A stretch of 64,000 nt of DNA from the human T2T-CHM13v2.0 reference genome, Homo sapiens: the NCBI RefSeq assembly GCF_009914755.1, contig NC_060946.1, one strand, 5' to 3'. This document shows positions 13,301 through 26,800 of this stretch, piece after piece. Numbering within the stretch: position 1 is the first letter of the stretch; each line of letters opens with the position of its first letter. Position numbers and translations under genes: made by a program. The notes below the pieces were generated by a model. That model did no database searches. It saw only the letters and a program-made list of their open reading frames with translations, and was not told the origin of the DNA.

Positions 13301-16300
13301 TTCCCGTTTCCAACGAAATCCTGAAATCTATCCAAATATCCCCTCGCAGATTCTACAAAAAGAGTGTTTCAAAACTGCTCTGTAAAAAGAAAGGTTCAAC
13401 TCTGTTAGTTGAGTACACACATCGCAAACAAGTTTCACAGAATGCTTCTTTCTAGCTTGTAGGGGAAGATATTCCCTTTATCACCATGGGCCTCCAACCG
13501 TCCGAAACGTCCACTTCCATATACTACCAAAAGAGCGTTTCAAACCTGCTCTAGGAAAGGCAATGTTCAACTCCCTGACTTGAATGCAGACATCACAGAG
13601 CAGTTTCTGAGAATGCTTCTGTCTAGATTTTATAGGAAGATATTCCCGTTTCCAACGAAATCTTCACAGCTATCCAAATATCCACTTGCAGATTCTACAA
13701 AAAGAGTGTATCAAAACTGCTCTGTCAAAAGGAAGGTTCTTCTCTGTTAGGTGAGTGCATACGTCATAAAGGAGTTTCTGAGAATGTTTCTGTCTAGTGG
13801 TTATGGGAAGATATTTGCTTTTTCCCCGTAGACCTCAGAGCGCTCCAAATGTCCACTTGCACATGCTACAAAAAGAGTGCTTCAAAGCTGCTCTCTGAAA
13901 GGGAATGTTCAACTCTATGAGTTGAATGTAAACATCACAAAGACGTTTCTGAGAATGCTTCTGTCTAGATTTGATATGAAGATATTCCCGTTTCCAACGA
14001 AATCTTCAAATCTATCCAAATGTCCACTTGCAGATTCAACAAAAAGTGTTTTTCAAAACTGCTGTATCAAAAGAAAGATCCACGTCTGTTAGCTGAGTTC
14101 ACACATCACAAACAAGTTTATGAGAATGCTTCTGTCTAGTTTTTATTTGAAGATATTTCCTTTCTCACCATAGACCTGAAAGCTGTCCTAATGTTCACTT
14201 CCAGATACTACAGAAAGAGTGTTTCAAAACTGCTGTACGAAAGGGAATGTTCAACTCTGTGACTTGAATGCACACATCACAAAGAAGTTTCTGAGGATGC
14301 TGCTGTCTACTTTTTATACGTAATCCCGTTTCCAACGAAATCCTCCAAGCTATCCAAATATCCACTTGCAGATTCCACAGAAAGACTGTTTCAAAACTGC
14401 TCTGTCAATAGAAAGGTTCAACTCTGTTAGCTGCGTGCATATATCCCAAAGAAGATTTTGAGATTGCTTCTGTCTAGTTTTTATGGGAAGATATTTCCCT
14501 TTTCACCGTAGGTGTCAAGGCTCTCCAAATGTCCACTTCCAGATACTACAAAAAGAGTGTTTCAAACCTACTCTGTGAAAGGGAATATTCAACTCTGTGA
14601 CTTTAATGCACATATCACAAAGAAGTTTCTGAGAATGCTTCTGTCGAGATTTTATATGAAGATATTCCCGTTTCCAAAGAAATCCTGAAATCTATCCAAA
14701 TATCCCCTCGCAGATTCTACAAAAAGAGTGTTTCAAAACTGCTCTGTAAAAAGAAAGGTTCAACTCTGTTAGTTGAGTACACACATCACAAACAAGTTTC
14801 ACAGAATGCTTCTTTCTAGCTTGTAGGGGAAGATATTCCCTTTATCACCATGGGCCTCCAACCGTCCGATACGTCCACTTCCATATACTACAAAAAGAGC
14901 GTTTCAAACCTGCTCTATGAAACGCAATGTTCAACTCTGTGACTTGAATGCAGACATCACAGAGCAGTTTCTGAGAATGCTTCTGTCTAGATTTTATAGG
15001 AAGATATTCCCGTTTCCAACGAAATCTTCACAGCTATCCAAATATCCACTTGCAGATTCTACAAAAAGAGTGTATCAAAACTGCTCTGTCAAAAGGAAGG
15101 TTCTTCTCTGTTAGGTGAGTGCATACGTCATAAAGGAGTTTCTGAGAATGTTTCTGTCTAGTGGTTATGGGAAGATATTTGCTTTTTCACCGTAGGCCTC
15201 AGAGCGCTCCAAATATCCACTTGCACATACTACAAAAAGAGTGCCTCAAAGCTGCTCTTTGAAACGGAATGTTCAACTCTATGAGTTGAATGCAAACATC
15301 ACAAAGACGTTTCTGAGAATGCTTCTGTCTAGATTTGATATGAAGATATTCCCGTTTCCAACGAAATCTTCAAATCTATCCAAATGTCCACTTGCAGATT
15401 CAACAAAAAGTGTTTTTCAGAACTGCTCTATCAAAAGAAAGATCCACCTCTGTTAGCTGAGTTCACACATCACAAACAAGTTTATGAGAATGCTTCTGTC
15501 TAGTTTTTATTTGAAGATATTTCCTTTCTCACCATAGACCTGAAAGCTGTCCTAATGTTCACTTCCAGATACTACAGAAAGAGTGTTTCAAAACTGCTGT
15601 ACGAAAGGGAATGTTCAACTCTGTGACTTGAATGCACACATCACAAAGAAGTTTCTGAGGATGCTGCTGTCTACTTTTTATACGTAATCCCGTTTCCAAC
15701 GAAATCCTCCAAGCTATCCAAATATCCACTTGCAGATTCCACAGAAAGACTGTTTCAAAACTGCTCTGTCAATAGAAAGGTTCAACTCTGTTAGCTGCGT
15801 GCATATATCCCAAAGAAGATTCTGAGATTGCTTCTGTCTAGTTTTTATGGGAAGATATTTCCCTTTTCACCGTAGGCGTCAAGGCGCTCCAAATGTCCAC
15901 TTCCAGATACTACAAAAAGAGTGTTTCAAACCTACTCTGTGAAAGGGAATATTCAACTCTGTGACTTGAATGCAGATATCACAAAGAAGTTTCTGAGAAT
16001 GCTTCTGTCGAGATTTTATATGAAGATATTCCCGTTTCCAACGAAATCCTGAAATCTATCCAAATATCCCCTCGCAGATTCTACAAAAAGAGTGTTTCAA
16101 AACTGTTCTGTAAAAAGAAAGGTTCAACTCTGTTAGTTGAGTACACACATCACAAACAAGTATCACAGAATGCTTCTTTCTAGCTTGTAGGGAAAGAGAT
16201 TCCCTTTATCACCATGGGCCTCAAACCGTCCGAAACGTCCACTTCCATATACTTCAAAAAGAGCGTTTCAAACCTGCTCTATGAAAGGCAATGTTCAACT

Positions 16301-19300
16301 CTGTGACTTGAATGCAGACATCACAGAGCTGTTTCTGAGAATGCTTCTATCTAGATTTTATAGGATGATATTCCCGTTTCCAACGAAATCTTCACAGCTA
16401 TCCAAATATCCACTTGCAGATTCTACAAAAAGAGTGTATCCAAACTGCTCTGGCAAAAGGAAGGTTCTTCTCTGTTAGGTGAGTGCATACGTCATAAAGG
16501 AGTTTCTGAGAATGTTTCTGTCTAGTGGTTATGGGAAGATATTTGCTTTTTCACCGTAGGCCTCAGAGCGCTCCAAATATCCACTTGCACATACTACAAA
16601 AAGAGTGCCTCAAAGCTGCTCTCTGAAATGGAATGTTCAACTCTATGAGTTGAATGCAAACATCACAAAGACGTTTCTGAGAATGCTTCTGTCTAGATTT
16701 GATATGAAGATATTCCCGTTTCCAACGAAATCTTCAAATCTATCCAAATGTCCACTTGCAGATTCAACAAAAAGTGTTTTTCAGAACTGCTCTATCAAAA
16801 GAAAGATCCACCTCTGTTAGCTGAGTTCACACATCCAAACAAGTTTATGAGAATGCTTCTGTCTAGTTTTTATTTGAAGATATTTCCTTTCTCACCATAG
16901 ACCTGAAAGCTGTCCTAATGTTCACTTCCAGATACCACAGAAAGAGTGTTTAAAAACTGCTGTACGAAAGGGAATGTTCAACTCTGTGACTTGAATGCAC
17001 ACATCACAAAGAAGTTTCTGAGGATGCTGCTGTCTACTTTTTATACGTAATCCCGTTTCCAACGAAATCCTCCAAGCTATCCAAATATCCACTTGCAGAT
17101 TCCACAGAAAGACTGTTTCAAAACTGCTCTGTCAATAGAAAGGTTCAACTCTGTTAGCTGCGTGCATATATCCCAAAGAAGATTCTGAGATTGCTTCTGT
17201 CTAGTTTTTATGGGAAGATATTTCCCTTTTCACCGTAGGTGTCAAGGCGCTCCAAATGTCCACTTCCAGATACTACAAAAAGAGTGTTTCAAACCTGCTC
17301 TGTGATAGGGAATATTCAACTCTGTGACTTTAATGCACATATCACAAAGAAGTTTCTGAGAATGCTTCTGTCGAGATTTTATATGAAGATATTCCCGTTT
17401 CCAAAGAAATCCTGAAATCTATCCAAATATCCCCTCGCAGATTCTACAAAAAGAGTGTTTCAAAACTGCTCTGTAAAAAGAAAGGTTCAACTCTGTTAGT
17501 TGAGTACACACATCACAAACAAGTTTCACAGAATGCTTCTTTCTAGCTTGTAGGGGAAGATATTCCCTTTATCACCATGGGCCTCCAACCGTCCGAAACG
17601 TCCACTTCCATATACTACAAAAAGAGCGTTTCAAACCTGCTCTAGGAAAGGCAATGTTCAACTCTGTGACTTGAATGCAGACATCACAGAGCAGTTTCTG
17701 AGAATGCTTCTGTCTAGATTTTATAGGAAGATATTCCCGTTTCCAACGAAATCTTCACAGCTATCCAAATATCCACTTGCAGATTCTACAAAAAGAGTGT
17801 ATCAAAACTGCTCTGTCAAAAGGAAGGTTCTTCTCTGTTAGGTGAGTGCATACGTCATAAAGGAGTTTCTGAGAATGTTTCTGTCTAGTGGTTATGGGAA
17901 GATATTTGCTTTTTCACCGTAGGCCTCAGAGCGCTCCAAATATCCACTTGCACATACTACAAAAAGAGTGCCTCAAAGCTGCTCTTTGAAACGGAATGTT
18001 CAACTCTATGAGTTGAATGCAAACATCACAAAGACGTTTCTGAGAATGCTTCTGTCTAGATTTGATATGAAGATATTCCCGTTTCCAACGAAATCTTCAA
18101 ATCTATCCAAATGTCCACTTGCAGATTCAACAAAAAGTGTTTTTCAGAACTGCTCTATCAAAAGAAAGATCCACCTCTGTTAGCTGAGTTCACACATCAC
18201 AAACAAGTTTATGAGAATGCTTCTGTCTAGTTTTTATTTGAAGATATTTCCTTTCTCACCATAGACCTGAAAGCTGTCCTAATGTTCACTTCCAGATACT
18301 ACAGAAAGAGTGTTTCAAAACTGCTGTACGAAAGGGAATGTTCAACTCTGTGACTTGAATGCACACATCACAAAGAAGTTTCTGAGGATGCTGCTGTCTA
18401 CTTTTTATACGTAATCCCGTTTCCAACGAAATCCTCCAAGCTATCCAAATATCCACTTGCAGATTCCACAGAAAGACTGTTTCAAAACTGCTCTGTCAAT
18501 AGAAAGGTTCAACTCTGTTAGCTGCGTGCATATATCCCAAAGAAGATTCTGAGATTGCTTCTGTCTAGTTTTTATGGGAAGATATTTCCCTTTTCACCGT
18601 AGGCGTCAAGGCGCTCCAAATGTCCACTTCCAGATACTACAAAAAGAGTGTTTCAAACCTACTCTGTGAAAGGGAATATTCAACTCTGTGACTTGAATGC
18701 ACATATCACAAAGAAGTTTCTGAGAATGCTTCTGTCGAGATTTTATATGAAGATATTCCCGTTTTCAACGAAATCCTGAAATCTATCCAAATATCCCCTC
18801 GCAGATTCTACAAAAAGAGTGTTTCAAAACTGCTCTGTAAAAAGAAAGGTTCAACTCTGTTAGTTGAGTACACACATCACAAACAAGTTTCACAGAATGC
18901 TTCTTTCTAGCTTGTAGGGGAAGATATTCCCTTTATCACCATGGTCCTCAAACCGTCCGAAACGTCCACTTCCATATACTACAAAAAGAGCGTTTCAAAC
19001 CTGCTCTAGGAAAGGCAATGTTCAACTCTGTGACTTGAATGCAGACATCACAGAACAGTTTCTGAGAATGCTTCTGTCTAGATTTTATAGGAAGATATTC
19101 CCGTTTCCAACGAAATCTTCACAGCTATCCAAATATCCACTTGCAGATTCTACAAAAAGAGTGTATCAAAACTGCTCTGTCAAAAGGAAGGTTCTTCTCT
19201 GTTAGGTGAGTGCATACGTCATAAAGGAGTTTCTGAGAATGTTTCTGTCTAGTGGTTATGGGAAGATATTTGCTTTTTCACCGTAGGCCTCAGAGCGCTC

Positions 19301-22059
19301 CAAGTATCCACTTGCACATACTACAAAAAGAGTGCCTCAAAGCTGCTCTCTGAAACGGAATGTTCAACTCTATGAGGTGAATGCAAACATCACAAAGACG
19401 TTTCTGAGAATGCTTCTGTCTAGATTTGATATGAAGATATTCCCGTTTCCAACGAAATCTTCAAATCTATCCAAATGTCCACTTGCAGATTCAACAAAAA
19501 GTGTTTTTCAGAACTGCTCTATCAAAAGAAAGATCCACCTCTGTTAGCTGAGTTCACACATCACAAACAAGTTTATGAGAATGCTTCTGTCTAGTTTTTA
19601 TTTGAAGATATTTCCTTTCTCACCATAGACCTGAAAGCTGTCCTAATGTTCACTTCCAGATACTACAGAAAGAGTGTTTCAAAACTGCTGTTCGAAAGGG
19701 AATTTTCAACTCTGTGACTTGAATGCACACATCACAAAGAAGTTTCTGAGGATGCTGCTGTCTACTTTTTATACGTAATCCCGTTTCCAACGAAATCCTC
19801 CAAGCTATCCAAATATCCAGTTGCAGATTCCACAGAAAGACTGTTTCAAAACTGCTCTGTCAATAGAAAGGTTCAACTCTGTTAGCTGCGTGCATATATC
19901 CCAAAGAAGATTCTGAGATTGCTTCTGTCTAGTTTTTATGGGAAGATATTTCCCTTTTCACCGTAGGTGTCAAGGCGCTCCAAATGTCCACTTCCAGATA
20001 CTACAAAAAGAGTGTTTCAAACCTACTCTGTGAAAGCGAATATTCAACTCTGTGACTTGAATGCACATATCAGAAAGAAGTTTCTGAGAATGCTTCTGTC
20101 GAGATTTTATATGAAGATATTCCCGTTTCCAACGAAATCCTGAAATCTATCCAAATATCCCCTCGCAGATTCTACAAAAAGAGTGTTTCAAAACTGCTCT
20201 GTAAAAAGAAAGGTTCAACTCTGTTAGTTGAGTACACACATCACAAACAAGTTTCACAGAATGCTTCTTTCTAGCTTGTAGGGAAAGATATTCCCTTTAT
20301 CACCATGGGCCTCCAACCGTCCGAAACGTCCACTTCCATATACTACCAAAAGAGCGTTTCAAACCTGCTCTAGGAAAGGCAATGTTCAACTCTCTGACTT
20401 GAATGCAGACATCACAGAGCAGTTTCTGAGAATGCTTCTGTCTAGATTTTATAGGAAGATATTCCCGTTTCCAACGAAATCTTCACAGCTATCCAAATAT
20501 CCACTTGCAGATTCTACAAAAAGAGTGTATCAAAACTGCTCTGTCAAAAGGAAGGTTCTTCTCTGTTAGGTGAGTGCATACGTCATAAAGGAGTTTCTGA
20601 GAATGTTTCTGTCTAGTGGTTATGGGAAGATATTTGCTTTTTCCCCGTAGACCTCAGAGCGCTCCAAATGTCGACTTGCACATGCTACAAAAAGAGTGCT
20701 TCAAAGCTGCTCTCTGAAAGGGAATGTTCAACTCTATGAGTTGAATGTAAACATCACAAAGACGTTTCTGAGAATGCTTCTGTCTAGATTTGATATGAAG
20801 ATATTCCCGTTTCCAACGAAATCTTCAAATCTATCCAAATGTCCACTTGCAGATTCAACAAAAAGTGTTTTTCAAAACTGCTGTATCAAAAGAAAGATCC
20901 ACGTCTGTTAGCTGAGTTCACACATCACAAACAAGTTTATGAGAATGCTTCTGTCTAGTTTTTATTTGAAGATATTTCCTTTCTCACCATAGACCTGAAA
21001 GCTGTCCTAATGTTCACTTCCAGATACTACAGAAAGAGTGTTTCAAAACTGCTGTACGAAAGGGAATGTTCAACTCTGTGACTTGAATGCACACATCACA
21101 AAGAAGTTTCTGAGGATGCTGCTGTCTACTTTTTATACGTAATCCCGTTTCCAACGAAATCCTCCAAGCTATCCAAATATCCACTTGCAGATTCCACAGA
21201 AAGACTGTTTCAAAACTGCTCTGTCAATAGAAAGGTTCAACTCTGTTAGCTGCGTGCATATATCCCAAAGAAGATTTTGAGATTGCTTCTGTCTAGTTTT
21301 TATGGGAAGATATTTCCCTTTTCACCGTAGGTGTCAAGGCTCTCCAAATGTCCACTTCCAGATACTACAAAAAGAGTGTTTCAAACCTACTCTGTGAAAG
21401 GGAATATTCAACTCTGTGACTTTAATGCACATATCACAAAGAAGTTTCTGAGAATGCTTCTGTCGAGATTTTATATGAAGATATTCCCGTTTCCAACGAA
21501 ATCCTGAAATCTATCCAAATATCCCCTCGCAGATTCTACAAAAAGAGTGTTTCAAAACTGCTCTGTAAAAAGAAAGGTTCAACTCTGTTAGTTGAGTACA
21601 CACATCACAAACAAGTTTCACAGAATGCTTCTTTCTAGCTTGTAGGGGAAGATATTCCCTTTATCACCATGGGCCTCCAACCGTCCGAAACGTCCACTTC
21701 CATATACTACCAAAAGAGCGTTTCAAACCTGCTCTAGGAAAGGCAATGTTCAACTCTGTGACTTGAATGCAGACATCACAGAGCAGTTTCTGAGAATGCT
21801 TCTGTCTAGATTTTATAGGAAGATATTCCCGTTTCCAACGAAATCTTCACAGCTATCCAAATATCCACTTGCAGATTCTACAAAAAGAGTGTATCAAAAC
21901 TGCTCTGTCAAAAGGAAGGTTCTTCTCTGTTAGGTGAGTGCATACGTCATAAAGGAGTTTCTGAGAATGTTTCTGTCTAGTGGTTATGGGAAGATATTTG
22001 CTTTTTCACCGTAGGCCTCAGAGCGCTCCAAATATCCACTTGCACATACTACAAAAAGA

Positions 22060-23423
22060 GTGCCTCAAAGCTGCTCTCTGAAACGGAATGTTCAACTCTA
22101 TGAGTTGAATGCAAACATCACAAAGACGTTTCTGAGAATGCTTCTGTCTAGATTTGATATGAAGATATTCCCGTTTCCAACGAAATCTTCAAATCTATCC
22201 AAATGTCCACTTGCAGATTCAACAAAAAGTGTTTTTCAGAACTGCTCTATCAAAAGAAAGATCCACCTCTGTTAGCTGAGTTCACACATCACAAACAAGT
22301 TTATGAGAATGCTTCTGTCTAGTTTTTATTTGAAGATATTTCCTTTCTCACCATAGACCTGAAAGCTGTCCTAATGTTCACTTCCAGATACTACAGAAAG
22401 AGTGTTTCAAAACTGCTGTACGAAAGGGAATGTTCAACTCTGTGACTTGAATGCACACATCACAAAGAAGTTTCTGAGGATGCTGCTGTCTACTTTTTAT
22501 ACGTAATCCCGTTTCCAACGAAATCCTCCAAGCTATCCAAATATCCACTTGCAGATTCCACAGAAAGACTGTTTCAAAACTGCTCTGTCAATAGAAAGGT
22601 TCAACTCTGTTAGCTGCGTGCATATATCCCAAAGAAGATTCTGAGATTGCTTCTGTCTAGTTTTTATGGGAAGATATTTCCCTTTTCACCGTAGGCGTCA
22701 AGGCGCTCCAAATGTCCACTTCCAGATACTACAAAAAGAGTGTTTCAAACCTACTCTGTGAAAGGGAATATTCAACTCTGTGACTTGAATGCACATATCA
22801 CAAAGAAGTTTCTGAGAATGCTTCTGTCGAGATTTTATATGAAGATATTCCCGTTTCCAACGAAATCCTGAAATCTATCCAAATATCCCCTCGCAGATTC
22901 TACAAAAAGAGTGTTTCAAAACTGCTCTGTAAAAAGAAAGGTTCAACTCTGTTAGTTGAGTACACACATCACAAACAAGTTTCACAGAATGCTTCTTTCT
23001 AGCTTGTAGGGGAAGATATTCCCTTTATCACCATGGGCCTCCAACCGTCCGAAACGTCCACTTCCATATACTACAAAAAGAGCGTTTCAAACCTGCTCTA
23101 TGAAAGGCAATGTTCAACTCTGTGACTTGAATGCAGACATCACAGAGCAGTTTCTGAGAATGCTTCTGTCTAGATTTTATAGGAAGATATTCCCGTTTCC
23201 AACGAAATCTTCACAGCTATCCAAATATCCACTTGCAGATTCTACAAAAAGAGTGTATCAAAACTGCTCTGTCAAAAGGAAGGTTCTTCTCTGTTAGGTG
23301 AGTGCATACGTCATAAAGGAGTTTCTGAGAATGTTTCTGTCTAGTGGTTATGGGAAGATATTTGCTTTTTCACCGTAGGCCTCAGAGCGCTCCAAATATC
23401 CACTTGCACATACTACAAAAAGA
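22060..23423. repeat. Representative near-consensus 1364-bp HOR unit (8 monomers, 4 intact CENP-B boxes); phase set arbitrarily at the pseudo-ORF start
   Basis: The sequence from 22060 repeats at 23424 with only a few SNPs. Confidence 0.95.
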
Positions 23424-23870
23424 GTGCCTCAAAGCTGCTCTTTGAAACGGAATGTTCAACTCTATGAGTTGAATGCAAACATCACAAAGACGTTTCTGAG
23501 AATGCTTCTGTCTAGATTTGATATGAAGATATTCCCGTTTCCAACGAAATCTTCAAATCTATCCAAATGTCCACTTGCAGATTCAACAAAAAGTGTTTTT
23601 CAGAACTGCTCTATCAAAAGAAAGATCCACATCTGTTAGCTGAGTTCACACATCACAAACAAGTTTATGAGAATGCTTCTGTCTAGTTTTTATTTGAAGA
23701 TATTTCCTTTCTCACCATAGACCTGAAAGCTGTCCTAATGTTCACTTCCAGATACTACAGAAAGAGTGTTTCAAAACTGCTGTATGAAAGGGAATGTTCA
23801 ACTCTGTGACTTGAATGCACACATCACAAAGAAGTTTCTGAGGATGCTGCTGTCTACTTTTTATATGTAA

Positions 23871-23887
23871 TCCGGTTTCCAACGAAA
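23871..23887 (-). promoter_or_regulatory. Disrupted CENP-B box (CCCG>CCGG); also at 27963, 33419, 37511, 47059, 51151, 56607 and 60699
   Basis: TCCGGTTTCCAACGAAA alters the CGGG core of the box. Confidence 0.9.
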
Positions 23888-26800
23888 TCCTCCAAGCTAT
23901 CCAAATATCCACTTGCAGATTCCACAGAAAGACTGTTTCAAAACTGCTCTGTCAATAGAAAGGTTCAACTCTGTTAGCTGCGTGCATATATCCCAAAGAA
24001 GATTCTGAGATTGCTTCTGTCTAGTTTTTATGGGAAGATATTTCCCTTTTCACCGTAGGCGTCAAGGCGCTCCAAATGTCCACTTCCAGATACTACAAAA
24101 AGAGTGTTTCAAACCTACTCTGTGAAAGGGAATATTCAACTCTGTGACTTGAATGCACATATCACAAAGAAGTTTCTGAGAATGCTTCTGTCGAGATTTT
24201 ATATGAAGATATTCCCGTTTCCAACGAAATCCTGAAATCTATCCAAATATCCCCTCGCAGATTCTACAAAAAGAGTGTTTCAAAACTGCTCTGTAAAAAG
24301 AAAGGTTCAACTCTGTTAGTTGAGTACACACATCACAAACAAGTTTCACAGAATGCTTCTTTCTAGCTTGTAGGGGAAGATATTCCCTTTATCACCATGG
24401 GCCTCCAACCGTCCGAAACGTCCACTTCCATATACTACAAAAAGAGCGTTTCAAACCTGCTCTAGGAAAGGCAATGTTCAACTCTGTGACTTGAATGCAG
24501 ACATCACAGAGCAGTTTCTGAGAATGCTTCTGTCTAGATTTTATAGGAAGATATTCCCGTTTCCAACGAAATCTTCACAGCTATCCAAATATCCACTTGC
24601 AGATTCTACAAAAAGAGTGTATCAAAACTGCTCTGTCAAAAGGAAGGTTCTTCTCTGTTAGGTGAGTGCATACGTCATAAAGGAGTTTCTGAGAATGTTT
24701 CTGTCTAGTGGTTATGGGAAGATATTTGCTTTTTCACCGTAGGCCTCAGAGCGCTCCAAATATCCACTTGCACATACTACAAAAAGAGTGCCTCAAAGCT
24801 GCTCTCTGAAACGGAATGTTCAACTCTATGAGTTGAATGCAAACATCACAAAGACGTTTCTGAGAATGCTTCTGTCTAGATTTGATATGAAGATATTCCC
24901 GTTTCCAACGAAATCTTCAAATCTATCCAAATGTCCACTTGCAGATTCAACAAAAAGTGTTTTTCAGAACTGCTCTATCAAAAGAAAGATCCACCTCTGT
25001 TAGCTGAGTTCACACATCACAAACAAGTTTATGAGAATGCTTCTGTCTAGTTTTTATTTGAAGATATTTCCTTTCTCACCATAGACCTGAAAGCTGTCCT
25101 AATGTTCACTTCCAGATACTACAGAAAGAGTGTTTCAAAACTGCTGTACGAAAGGGAATGTTCAACTCTGTGACTTGAATGCACACATCACAAAGAAGTT
25201 TCTGAGGATGCTGCTGTCTACTTTTTATACGTAATCCCGTTTCCAACGAAATCCTCCAAGCTATCCAAATATCCACTTGCAGATTCCACAGAAAGACTGT
25301 TTCAAAACTGCTCTGTCAATAGAAAGGTTCAACTCTGTTAGCTGCGTGCATATATCCCAAAGAAGATTCTGAGATTGCTTCTGTCTAGTTTTTATGGGAA
25401 GATATTTCCCTTTTCACCGTAGGCGTCAAGGCGCTCCAAATGTCCACTTCCAGATACTACAAAAAGAGTGTTTCAAACCTACTCTGTGAAAGGGAATATT
25501 CAACTCTGTGACTTGAATGCACATATCACAAAGAAGTTTCTGAGAATGCTTCTGTCGAGATTTTATATGAAGATATTCCCGTTTCCAACGAAATCCTGAA
25601 ATCTATCCAAATATCCCCTCGCAGATTCTACAAAAAGAGTGTTTCAAAACTGCTCTGTAAAAAGAAAGGTTCAACTCTGTTAGTTGAGTACACACATCAC
25701 AAACAAGTTTCACAGAATGCTTCTTTCTAGCTTGTAGGGGAAGATATTCCCTTTATCACCATGGTCCTCAAACCGTCCGAAACGTCCACTTCCATATACT
25801 ACAAAAAGAGCGTTTCAAACCTGCTCTAGGAAAGGCAATGTTCAACTCTGTGACTTGAATGCAGACATCACAGAACAGTTTCTGAGAATGCTTCTGTCTA
25901 GATTTTATAGGAAGATATTCCCGTTTCCAACGAAATCTTCACAGCTATCCAAATATCCACTTGCAGATTCTACAAAAAGAGTGTATCAAAACTGCTCTGT
26001 CAAAAGGAAGGTTCTTCTCTGTTAGGTGAGTGCATACGTCATAAAGGAGTTTCTGAGAATGTTTCTGTCTAGTGGTTATGGGAAGATATTTGCTTTTTCA
26101 CCGTAGGCCTCAGAGCGCTCCAAATATCCACTTGCACATACTACAAAAAGAGTGCCTCAAAGCTGCTCTCTGAAACGGAATGTTCAACTCTATGAGTTGA
26201 ATGCAAACATCACAAAGACGTTTCTGAGAATGCTTCTGTCTAGATTTGATATGAAGATATTCCCGTTTCCAACGAAATCTTCAAATCTATCCAAATGTCC
26301 ACTTGCAGATTCAACAAAAAGTGTTTTTCAGAACTGCTCTATCAAAAGAAAGATCCACCTCTGTTAGCTGAGTTCACACATCACAAACAAGTTTATGAGA
26401 ATGCTTCTGTCTAGTTTTTATTTGAAGATATTTCCTTTCTCACCATAGACCTGAAAGCTGTCCTAATGTTCACTTCCAGATACTACAGAAAGAGTGTTTC
26501 AAAACTGCTGTACGAAAGGGAATGTTCAACTCTGTGACTTGAATGCACACATCACAAAGAAGTTTCTGAGGATGCTGCTGTCTACTTTTTATACGTAATC
26601 CCGTTTCCAACGAAATCCTCCAAGCTATCCAAATATCCACTTGCAGATTCCACAGAAAGACTGTTTCAAAACTGCTCTGTCAATAGAAAGGTTCAACTCT
26701 GTTAGCTGCGTGCATATATCCCAAAGAAGATTCTGAGATTGCTTCTGTCTAGTTTTTATGGGAAGATATTTCCCTTTTCACCGTAGGCGTCAAGGCGCTC

